DNA of 57,982 bases from a virus (Duplodnaviria; Caudoviricetes). The position numbers and the translations under genes are program-made. The notes under the pieces were generated by a model. The model was not told the DNA's origin. It worked only from the letters and a program-made list of their open reading frames with translations, and made no database searches. The first letter of the stretch is position 1, and every line of letters begins with the position of its first letter. The stretch is taken from IMG/VR virus record IMGVR_UViG_3300045580_000309, positions 1 through 57,982 of that record, one strand, 5' to 3'. Below are positions 48,890 through 56,956 of this stretch, one piece after another.

Positions 48890-50926
48890 TCAACAGTTGT
48901 TTTTCTTTGCCGGTTGAGCAATGTTGTTCGTTTGTGATGCTACTGGGGTAGATGTTGTGGTTGTCTGCGATGGTGTGATCTTCGGAGGATTCTTAGCAAC
49001 AGCAGGAGACTTCAATGCGTTTGTAGATGTCTGCACATCTACAGTATTTGCCGTTGGGTCTTCTGTGTTTGTCGTGAACAATTGATTCTTACTAGCGGCC
49101 AACTCTCCGTAATTCGATGGTTGTCCGAAAATCTTGAACAGGGGATTTTCGCCAGCAAGACCTGAAATGTTGAAGTTTGGAAGATCAACTTGACCACTAC
49201 TGTAGTTTACTTTGCCTGCATTCTTCTTAAGAACTCTAGTCTTTTGAGTAGTTGTCGTTCCTCCCGATGTATTTGGTAGAGATTCGTATGTTACTACGCT
49301 TACTCCTCCAACCTTATCGTCAACAAGATACGCTACCGAATACGGAGAATCAAAGTTGACTTTGGCTGGATCAAAATGCAAGAATGCATTGGTACTCAAT
49401 GTGCCTGGTTGCAGGGGGTTTGAAAATGCTACTGTGTAGTTACTGTCTGTTCCGTATACAGGATTGACCTGCTTTTCTAGAGTTACAAGAACGCTACTTC
49501 CTTGAATGCTAGGATCAGTTGCGTCTATAACAGAAGTCAGTCTCGACAGCAGTAGATTTCCTCCGAACTTTCCTAGATTCTGTGTTACATACGATTCGAT
49601 TACGCTCTTCACCAACTGCTTAATCTCCGTTATGGATTTGGCAGTTTTTGCTGTGTTCATCTTTAGTGTGGTTTGGAATCTGAGATAGGTGTAATCGGGA
49701 TCGACTATCTCGGGTATAACACCAACCACATTGTACTTTTTCAGAATACCGCTCTTGATTGCTTCTTTTTCTTGATTGGTTAGTGTTGTTCCCTTGACAG
49801 GCTTTATGGAAACAAACACTCTTCCGTATACTGGTGGTGTGTTGTCCTCTCCACCCCAAACATAGATGGACTCTGCAAACGGATAGTCTTTTGCAAGTGT
49901 AAAGGCGTAGTCTTCTACTGTTACTGCTCTGTCTTGTGCCTGGAATCCTCTAGGTGCGTAGTACTTGATAGACTGCACGGACTCTCTAGTTGCTCCACCC
50001 AAAGCAGGAGAAACTACTACAGTTTCGGTACTAGCAGGGAAAGATGCCCCTTCCAATACAAACGCTCGTAGGTTCTCTGTTTCGTTTGCACCGATATCGT
50101 TTGCCTCTGCGGGATTGTTGGAAGTCACCAAGTACTCTAGAATAACAACATTGCCGTTTTTCAAACCCTTGCCTACGATATCATCTCCAAAGTAGATTTC
50201 AAACTTTCGGTTTTCGGTTTCTTGTACGAAGTAAACCTTGCTATCCGATCCTAACTGTAGAGGATCAGTAACCAAGGTCCAATACTCGTCGTATCCTGAT
50301 ATATCGGTGGTTGCAGCCTGAACTCTAACTTTCAGCGTACTGATATCAACATTTTCCTGTGGTATTACAAACTTCTGTGCAGGTTTGTTTGTTCGATCAA
50401 CGATGAAAGTAGATACTGTTGCTCTTCCTTCTATGACCTCTAGTTCAGGAATCCAATAGGATGTGGTGATGCCGTTGACATCGTATTCCTTTGGTTCAAG
50501 TTTGTACATTTGAGTGGTTAGAAAGTTGTATGTGTTTGCTCCAGTTCCTGCGTTTGCCGAAAACACAGAGTACTTTGGAAGAAACTCATCGTCTACACTA
50601 CCGTCTGCATTTGCAGGAACAGTCACCGACAGTATTGCTCTTGCACCTCGGTTGGAAGTGGGAGTGTACCCAAGCAGTTTTGCATGAGAAACCACAGAGT
50701 CTCTGACTGTAGCACTATCCAAGAACATTTCATTGGCAACCATGTTGCTGTAGTAGTTAATGTAATGGGTGTTGTAGGCCAAAAGATCTAGCAGTATTCC
50801 CAATCCCGATCCTTCAAAGTTGTAGTCCTTGAATTTGTCTTGGGAACTGAGAAAGTCTTTGAGTCTAGATTTGATCTCATAGAACTCTAGACCGTCAACT
50901 GCTATTTTGTAACTCGGGTCTGCCAT
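48890..50926 (-). CDS. gp6: Baseplate wedge protein, gp6-like
   Basis: FKDYNFEGSGL..LLDLLAYNTHY...NM..NEMFLDSA..RDSVVSHAK.LGYTP, EIYFGD..VGK, QDRAVT.EDY, VWGGEDN.PP.YG.VF.SIKP. Confidence 0.97.
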   Translation of the reverse strand: MADPSYKIAVDGLEFYEIKSRLKDFLSSQDKFKDYNFEGSGLGILLDLLAYNTHYINYYSNMVANEMFLDSATVRDSVVSHAKLLGYTPTSNRGARAILSVTVPANADGSVDDEFLPKYSVFSANAGTGANTYNFLTTQMYKLEPKEYDVNGITTSYWIPELEVIEGRATVSTFIVDRTNKPAQKFVIPQENVDISTLKVRVQAATTDISGYDEYWTLVTDPLQLGSDSKVYFVQETENRKFEIYFGDDIVGKGLKNGNVVILEYLVTSNNPAEANDIGANETENLRAFVLEGASFPASTETVVVSPALGGATRESVQSIKYYAPRGFQAQDRAVTVEDYAFTLAKDYPFAESIYVWGGEDNTPPVYGRVFVSIKPVKGTTLTNQEKEAIKSGILKKYNVVGVIPEIVDPDYTYLRFQTTLKMNTAKTAKSITEIKQLVKSVIESYVTQNLGKFGGNLLLSRLTSVIDATDPSIQGSSVLVTLEKQVNPVYGTDSNYTVAFSNPLQPGTLSTNAFLHFDPAKVNFDSPYSVAYLVDDKVGGVSVVTYESLPNTSGGTTTTQKTRVLKKNAGKVNYSSGQVDLPNFNISGLAGENPLFKIFGQPSNYGELAASKNQLFTTNTEDPTANTVDVQTSTNALKSPAVAKNPPKITPSQTTTTSTPVASQTNNIAQPAKKNNC

Positions 50927-51321
50927 TAGCGAAGCCTCTCTAGGTAAAACTGAAACTCAGAAACCTTTGGTTTGTTCTTGATCTGAAATCTGATCGTAAC
51001 ATCAAACCTGTTGTAGTCAGGATTGCCAATAACAACCACATCATTTAGAGTTACACGAGGCTCAAACGAAGTAACGGTGTCTCGTATTCCCTTTTCGATT
51101 CTTGCTTCCGTTAGCGGAGTAAAGTTCTCAAAAAGGTGAGAAGTGATATTGCTTTGTATGCCTGGTTGAAACGGACGCTCGTATTTATTGGTAAGCAGCA
51201 AATTCTTCAAAGAGCGTTTTATCGCCGATTCGTCCAGTACTGTGTTTATGTCTTTGGTCACAGGATTCATGGCAAAATTCAGATCAATGTCTGTGAACTG
51301 ATTTTTTGGTGCTGTTGCCAT
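50926..51321 (-). CDS. gp25: Baseplate wedge / sheath initiator, gp25-like
   Basis: DIDLNF..NPVT.D, AIKRSLKNL.LT..YERPFQP, FEPRV, C-terminal LERLR. Confidence 0.95.
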   Translation of the reverse strand: MATAPKNQFTDIDLNFAMNPVTKDINTVLDESAIKRSLKNLLLTNKYERPFQPGIQSNITSHLFENFTPLTEARIEKGIRDTVTSFEPRVTLNDVVVIGNPDYNRFDVTIRFQIKNKPKVSEFQFYLERLR

Positions 51322-51364
51322 TATTGCCCTCCTGTTCCTGTCTATGTAGCATCAAATAGCCATG

Positions 51365-52798
51365 TTATACAGAAACTTCTGGCGTGTCACCCTCATCTAG
51401 AGGATTGTACCATTCGGAGTCACTAGGAATCACACCGTCTGGACCTCCGAGCGAATCCTCGCTGAAGTAACCTCCATCCACGCCACCAGTAATAGGTGTT
51501 GGTCCTGGGCCTGGAGTTGGGGTTGGGAGTACTGCAATTCTATAACCCAAATAGTATGTTCTGCTTTCTAGCAGAGCAAGTCTTTCTTGAATCAGCGCGG
51601 CGGTCTGTGAGTCTACTGGCGGTGCTTCTCCAGTTATGACGCCTTCTAGAACAAGTTCATCTGAAACTGGTTCATAGAATACCTCTTTATCCACTTCCTC
51701 TTGCTTGGCTCTCTTTATTCTCTTATCTTTGCCAGTTTCATTAACTCCTGCACGGGCCTGTGCTGCTGTGTCCTCTGTTGCTGCGGCAGCGGCCGCTTGC
51801 TTTTTGTCCTCTTTGTCCTTTTCTAGTCTGATCTGCGATATGGACTCTCTGAGACTTTCACCACCTGTGAACTCTTCCATCATTGCTCGCATGATGCAGT
51901 TTCCTCTACCGTCACCTCTTGCTATTGCTGCTAGGAATTGTCCGAGAGTAAACTTGGATATGTACGCTTGTGCCAGATTGAATCTAGACAGATCAAGCGA
52001 CACAAGGTAGTTCAAGTACTCAAAGAAACTGGCAAGTACTCCAAACATCTCGTTTAGTTTGTTGAAAAAGTCATCAAGACTTCGCCCACCGAGAATGCCA
52101 TTGAGTGCGTCCAAGTTCAATGGTAAGAGACTAGCAATGAGAGATAGCAAGTCTCTTAGTATTCTTCCTATGGAGTCTGGCTCACACAGTAGTTTTTTCA
52201 TCTGATCTATGATTACTGGTCCCTGAATCGTAGAGTTAAAGAATCCAGTAAAGTTGTCCTGATCCTTACCTTCCATTTGCTGTTTTGCAGAATCGTATGC
52301 GCTTGCCGTGCCCATAGTTCTCATAAAGGTATTGGGATCACCCACACCGCTCTGCTGATCGGTGTGGTTTTTGAATTGGGTAATGCTACCTTGTTGTGTT
52401 GTTAGATTGTCTGTTAGGGTTGGAGAAGTACCCAACGCTGCCTCTGGACCAAACTGTAGTGTTCGTAGTCGAGTCAGCAGATCAGAACCGTCTGCACCTA
52501 ATCCGGCCAGTCTTCCGTAGAAATACTGTTGTTCAGGAGTAACTTCCTCTTGAGGATTGTTTGGATTGGTTGTAGATGTTCCATCGTACCACCACGGGGG
52601 AATTTGACTTACGAGGCCCTTTAGTTCGTCAGAACACAGTAACCATTGTAGGATTCCTAGCGCAGAGGCATTCTCGAAAATGTCCCCTCGCATAATCTTG
52701 TCTATCAAAGCCTTAACTGCATTGGATAGTCTATCTGCATTGTTGGTGCATTTTCCAATTGCTTTCTTGGTTAAGTCTTGTGTTCTTTCTATAGACAT
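51365..52798 (-). CDS. Hypothetical, mostly helical protein (477 aa), probably baseplate/virion-associated
   Basis: Long ORF between PAAR and gp25; C-terminal coiled coil, PTPTPGPGPTP and VDGGYF. Confidence 0.6.
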   Translation of the reverse strand: MSIERTQDLTKKAIGKCTNNADRLSNAVKALIDKIMRGDIFENASALGILQWLLCSDELKGLVSQIPPWWYDGTSTTNPNNPQEEVTPEQQYFYGRLAGLGADGSDLLTRLRTLQFGPEAALGTSPTLTDNLTTQQGSITQFKNHTDQQSGVGDPNTFMRTMGTASAYDSAKQQMEGKDQDNFTGFFNSTIQGPVIIDQMKKLLCEPDSIGRILRDLLSLIASLLPLNLDALNGILGGRSLDDFFNKLNEMFGVLASFFEYLNYLVSLDLSRFNLAQAYISKFTLGQFLAAIARGDGRGNCIMRAMMEEFTGGESLRESISQIRLEKDKEDKKQAAAAAATEDTAAQARAGVNETGKDKRIKRAKQEEVDKEVFYEPVSDELVLEGVITGEAPPVDSQTAALIQERLALLESRTYYLGYRIAVLPTPTPGPGPTPITGGVDGGYFSEDSLGGPDGVIPSDSEWYNPLDEGDTPEVSV

Positions 52799-52802
52799 TT
52801 GC

Positions 52803-53093
52803 TTATCCTGCTACCACATTTGCACTTCCTGTTTGGTTTCTAGAACCACATGATACAGAGTCTCCTATTCTGGCTATAGGTAGACCGTTTGCAAACACAG
52901 TACCTGAACCGCTATCTTGCACGGCGCCATGACATCCATTACTAGGACAGCAATGTGTTTGCCATGGATCGCCCACGCGGTGTACTCCCAATCCATTAAC
53001 CAAGACATTTCCAGACGCACCAGCGTTTGGTCTAGAACCAAAACAACCGTGCCCCGTGCATAAGTCTCCGAGTCTGTGTACTGGTAGTCCCAT
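52803..53093 (-). CDS. PAAR spike-tip protein (gp5.4-like)
   Basis: RLGDLCTGH, VNGLGVHRVGD.W..H, VFANGLPIARIGD.VSCGS....GSANV; directly follows gp5. Confidence 0.95.
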   Translation of the reverse strand: MGLPVHRLGDLCTGHGCFGSRPNAGASGNVLVNGLGVHRVGDPWQTHCCPSNGCHGAVQDSGSGTVFANGLPIARIGDSVSCGSRNQTGSANVVAG

Positions 53094-53094
53094 G

Positions 53095-54444
53095 TTAGTT
53101 CAACTGGATGGTTGCACCGCGTATGATTGTGTCTGCTTTGCTTGTGAAACGATGGAACTGGCCAGACTGCAACGCGGTATGCAATCCTACAGTCATGTCT
53201 CTGAATCCTCCGCAGGACTCTAGAATATTCTTGCTTGCTTCCAGTATGTAACTCTTGTTGGTCTTGATGTGAGTGTCTTGACCCGAGTGAGAAAATCGTT
53301 TCTTGCCGATTCTTTCTGTCATGTTACCCGTTACATCAAGCGTATAGTTTCCGTTCACATAGGCATTGTAGTCTCCGTCGTGCAAGGTAAGGTTTACACT
53401 ACCTTGCATGACTTCAACATTTACATTTGCTCCCTGTCCAACCTGTACATCAAAGTTCTTGCCACTTTCCTGATCCGTATTCTGAAGAATGCGTAGAGCC
53501 TTGTCAACGGTGATGTAAGCATTCCCGTCAATCTGAACATGATTGTCTTTCAGGATGACGGTATAGTTGTCTTTAACAATCCGCTCTACCTTGCTTCCGT
53601 CAGGAAACACTTCGTAGTTGGTTCCACTACGGTGGTACTCTGATATGCGCTCTGCCCCAGGCGTATCATCTACTTCCCATGTGTGTCCTGATTCAGACTC
53701 ACGGACATGGTTGTAGGGATATCGTGCATCGTAATCAGATTCTCTTTCATCCCATACTGGACCATCAGAACCTTGAGTTCTTACCGATCCACCTTCACAT
53801 GGTGGTGCAGACGGCACAGATTTGTTTCTGTCTGCTGCTAATGCAGTCTTTACTTGCTTCTTTGCGTTTCTGCGCTTTAGACCTATGATGGTTTCGTCTA
53901 TCTTGCAGTTACGAGCAAGTCTATTGGTGTCTGCTTCATTGAGTTCAGACCTGTGTGGACCACCACCGATATGCTTTGGATAACTCTTGCCTGTTTCTTC
54001 GTTCTGAAGAATTGCTCCAGTTCCGTCTTCGGGATACACTTGAACGATAAACTCGTCTTTGGGAGCGCACGACAACTCATCCGTGGTTCGTGGATCGTTA
54101 AAGCCTTTACGGTTGTTTGCTTTGTCTTCGGGTATTCCACCAATGCTGCCAATTATTACAGGTTCCTGAGCGTTCGCGCCGTCTCTGAAAAATCCAATCA
54201 CCCACGATCCAGGCACCAATCCTGTTGGAGAGTGTCCTATTCCGCTGATTGCTGCACTTGTAATGGGTTGAACTGGAAATGCCCACGGTAGACTATCGGT
54301 TGGAATCTGCTTTTTGTCGTCTGTGTGGAAACCGAGGATGCGAACCCTGCATCTTCCAAGTTTCAGAGGGTCGTTATTGTCCTCTACAACTCCCTGCCAC
54401 CATATGAAGGAATGGCCTAAAAAGTCACGATGCAGAATATCCAT
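53095..54444 (-). CDS. gp5: Baseplate central spike gp5-like (OB fold plus beta-helix; no lysozyme domain visible)
   Basis: WWQGVVED..DPLKLGRCRVRILGFHT, LPWA.P..P.TSA..SGIG, GSWVIGFFRDG..AQEP, YPYNHV.ESESGH..E.DDTPG.ERI..YHRSGT. Confidence 0.94.
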   Translation of the reverse strand: MDILHRDFLGHSFIWWQGVVEDNNDPLKLGRCRVRILGFHTDDKKQIPTDSLPWAFPVQPITSAAISGIGHSPTGLVPGSWVIGFFRDGANAQEPVIIGSIGGIPEDKANNRKGFNDPRTTDELSCAPKDEFIVQVYPEDGTGAILQNEETGKSYPKHIGGGPHRSELNEADTNRLARNCKIDETIIGLKRRNAKKQVKTALAADRNKSVPSAPPCEGGSVRTQGSDGPVWDERESDYDARYPYNHVRESESGHTWEVDDTPGAERISEYHRSGTNYEVFPDGSKVERIVKDNYTVILKDNHVQIDGNAYITVDKALRILQNTDQESGKNFDVQVGQGANVNVEVMQGSVNLTLHDGDYNAYVNGNYTLDVTGNMTERIGKKRFSHSGQDTHIKTNKSYILEASKNILESCGGFRDMTVGLHTALQSGQFHRFTSKADTIIRGATIQLN

Positions 54445-54761
54445 TACGGTTTACTCCTAGGCATACCCTTCTTGATGTAACTCATTTCACCTGTAGCGGG
54501 ATTGTGTACAATGATATGCCTACCTGGCGTCTTGTACGAATAGTCTCGGATTGCACTTCCGATTGGACTGTCTGTATCGACAAATCGCTTCCAACGCTGA
54601 TGTGGTGTTTTCGCTCCACGGATGCACTTATGGAATGTGTCTCCGTCTACATCAAAGACTGCACACCCTGCAAATGTACCGCGCACAACAGTTGGGCCTT
54701 CTGGCTGAATGCCTTGAATGTTGTCTGATCCGATGCTATTTACTGGAGTTTGTTCACTCAT
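54444..54761 (-). CDS. Conserved hypothetical protein of T4-like phages (105 aa)
   Basis: FAG..VFDVD...F..C..G.K....RW..FV....IG.AIRDY....P...II.....TG.M.YI pattern; overlaps the gp5 start. Confidence 0.7.
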   Translation of the reverse strand: MSEQTPVNSIGSDNIQGIQPEGPTVVRGTFAGCAVFDVDGDTFHKCIRGAKTPHQRWKRFVDTDSPIGSAIRDYSYKTPGRHIIVHNPATGEMSYIKKGMPRSKP

Positions 54762-54776
54762 AATGGCGCCTCTGAT

Positions 54777-55163
54777 TTATGTAGATTGTGTGCTTCTGAG
54801 AACCTTTACTATTTGCTGATTCAGGGGTATACCGATCAGATCAACTTCGGGAATGGATTTGGGTAAACTCTCCAAGTACACCATGAAGGTCTTGATATCG
54901 GGGTGAAGATCGGGTTCCACTTTGAAAAACAGGAGCCTAGCGGCTCCTACTGTTCCAAACACATTCTTGAGTATGATAAAGTGATTCAGTAGTAGTTGTT
55001 CTCGTATTTCGCCGGTTTTCTTGTATCTCCTGAGCAACCGCTTAATGTACTTGATTCTACTAAGGTCTTCAATGAATTCCTTCATACCTGTACACGAAGG
55101 ATTCGCGTACACGCTCATGGCATACTGCATAAAATTGGACTCGTTCAATATGACAATATCCAT
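54777..55163 (-). CDS. Conserved hypothetical protein of T4-like cyanophage type (~128 aa)
   Basis: LNE.NF..YAM..Y.NP.C....EF.EDL.RIKYIKRLL..Y...GE....L.LNH.I.L.NVFG...A.RLLFFK; start moved from 55205 to 55163 to avoid overlap with the upstream gene. Confidence 0.75.
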   Translation of the reverse strand: MDIVILNESNFMQYAMSVYANPSCTGMKEFIEDLSRIKYIKRLLRRYKKTGEIREQLLLNHFIILKNVFGTVGAARLLFFKVEPDLHPDIKTFMVYLESLPKSIPEVDLIGIPLNQQIVKVLRSTQST

Positions 55164-55179
55164 AGCAAAACCGCATAGG

Positions 55180-55446
55180 TTAACCCCTGCGTACTTGTCT
55201 TTCAAAGTTAATCATGTCTTGGTTGGTGTATACCGCACCAGTTTGCTTGGAAGCATTCGATACTGCTGATTTGAGTATATCTGCTGCTTCCTCGGATGTT
55301 CGTGCAGAAGCAACTCGCTCCCGTACTGCATCCGCTGCTTGTATGAGTTCTGTGGGTAGTGGGTTAGTTTCTGCCGCTTGCATCTTTTGTAAGATGCCAG
55401 CGATGTCTTTGGTTAGAGCATCAGGGTTTGAAAATGGGTTTGACAT
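55180..55446 (-). CDS. Hypothetical protein (88 aa)
   Basis: AAAGGA upstream; fits the operon spacing; helical composition. Confidence 0.65.
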   Translation of the reverse strand: MSNPFSNPDALTKDIAGILQKMQAAETNPLPTELIQAADAVRERVASARTSEEAADILKSAVSNASKQTGAVYTNQDMINFERQVRRG

Positions 55447-55458
55447 GGTATCCTTTCA

Positions 55459-56757
55459 TCATGCAGGACCAGCAATCAACAACGCAGCAACTTGTGGTTG
55501 TAGTCTTAGGTCTTTGTTGTTTCTACACAGAAATGCCTGTGCTTTTTTCCAATCGCTTTCTTTCTTGGATTTCATAGCGGTCTTGAACAGTTCAAAGAAC
55601 TCATAGAACAACTTGTCTACTCCTTTTTTCCAAGAAGTATCGGTATCGCTCTCGAACTCTTTCTTTAGTTCGTATTGCTGTTGCAATGCATCGTAGGCAG
55701 TTTTGACTACGCTTGGTGTGTTTAGTGCTGCTAATGGTAGCACTCTTTTCTCACAAGGAGTCTTCATCATGTACTGCATGGAAGCGATGACTCCCCAGCC
55801 ACTTTCTTTCAGAGATTGTAGTTGAAGCATCCATTGCTTTAGCGAAGCAGATTCTGCAACAGAACCGTCTTCGTCACCATCTACTCGTCTTGCGTGAGCG
55901 CGCCTACTGACGATTGTTCTTAGTTGTCCTTTCAGGACATTCCACGAGCCAGGATACATGGAAAGCATGGTTTCGATGCTTCCGTATCCACCTTCTGTGC
56001 TGTTTCCTGTGGAATCTGTTTCAACCGCGTAGTAGATTTCGTCTGCTTCATCTAGCCAGAAGCGAACTGTTGATTCACGATACTGCATTTCTCCAACCTC
56101 AATCAATGAGTCTGGAGTGTATTCTACGCTTTCCTTTACGCTCATTCCTCGTCTTAGTTCTTTGAACAAGGCTTGTGCATCGGACTCAGAAACTCCTTCG
56201 GGTATACCACCCATGAAGGCTTTGAAGTCGTTGTTGACAGCGGCAGCGCGCATCTTGCTCGCGGACATACCAACTACACCTTCAGCATCAGGATCGCGCT
56301 CACCTGCACTAACAATCTCAAACTCAAATGTGTAGCGTTTGTTGGGGTCTTTGTGTGTTAGGTACGGCTTGATTGCGTTTTTCATTTCTGCTACGCGATC
56401 TCCACCGACCACCATTATGACTTTCTTTACGCCAGAGTTCTGAAACTTGTTCAGAACATCAAACATGGTCTTTGCGCCAGCGTCGTCAACAACCTTTACC
56501 TTGCTGCCAAAGAACTTACGCAACCACTTAACTTTCAGACTAGGTGTTAGCGGATTCTTCTTTGCGTCATTTGTGCGCGAAGGATACAGATACGCTTCTG
56601 CTCCAGCCTTGTTTGCTGCTTCTGCTAATGCGTCTACTAATCGTTGGTGCCCAGAGGTAGGGGGTTGAAAACGACCGAAAGTGAATGCAACAGTTTTGCC
56701 CCCTAACGCTTCGTTTAGGGAACTGATGCTCTTTGCCTTCCAATCGCTGTACTTCAT
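55459..56757 (-). CDS. HIGH-motif nucleotidyltransferase (cytidylyltransferase-like superfamily) with unknown C-terminal region
   Basis: AFTFGRFQPPTSGH (HxGH-like), KNPL, MVVGGDRV, SAGERDPDAEGV.GMSASKMR. Confidence 0.85.
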   Translation of the reverse strand: MKYSDWKAKSISSLNEALGGKTVAFTFGRFQPPTSGHQRLVDALAEAANKAGAEAYLYPSRTNDAKKNPLTPSLKVKWLRKFFGSKVKVVDDAGAKTMFDVLNKFQNSGVKKVIMVVGGDRVAEMKNAIKPYLTHKDPNKRYTFEFEIVSAGERDPDAEGVVGMSASKMRAAAVNNDFKAFMGGIPEGVSESDAQALFKELRRGMSVKESVEYTPDSLIEVGEMQYRESTVRFWLDEADEIYYAVETDSTGNSTEGGYGSIETMLSMYPGSWNVLKGQLRTIVSRRAHARRVDGDEDGSVAESASLKQWMLQLQSLKESGWGVIASMQYMMKTPCEKRVLPLAALNTPSVVKTAYDALQQQYELKKEFESDTDTSWKKGVDKLFYEFFELFKTAMKSKKESDWKKAQAFLCRNNKDLRLQPQVAALLIAGPA

Positions 56758-56773
56758 GGCTGGATCACCTCCT
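56758..56773 (-). promoter_or_regulatory. Extended Shine-Dalgarno AGGAGGTGATCCAGCC, a 16-nt complement of the 16S rRNA 3' end
   Basis: Plus strand reads GGCTGGATCACCTCCT, the conserved bacterial 16S 3' terminus; abuts the ATG at 56757. Confidence 0.85.
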
Positions 56774-56802
56774 ACCCCCTACCTCGCAGGGCAGTCAAAC
56801 GA

Positions 56803-56925
56803 TTACTTGTTCCACGGGAACTTCTTCGATGCCCAATCCCAAAGTGGCTTGCCGATAAATGCACCAGCAACGAACACCACTACGGTATAAAAGAATGTAC
56901 CCAATGCGTTATGAATTGCTTCCAT
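56803..56925 (-). CDS. Small single-pass membrane peptide (40 aa)
   Basis: Manual translation MEAIHNALGTFFYTVVVFVAGAFIGKPLWDWASKKFPWNK*; AAGGAG upstream; CATAGATA motif at 56954-56961. Confidence 0.75.
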   Translation of the reverse strand: MEAIHNALGTFFYTVVVFVAGAFIGKPLWDWASKKFPWNK

Positions 56926-56956
56926 AAGTTGACTCTCCTTTCTAAGAGTGTAGTAT

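Noticed and set aside
56758-56773. Possible 16S rRNA gene fragment
   Set aside because: Only 16 nt match and the flanks are phage coding sequence; treated as a regulatory element, not an rRNA gene.
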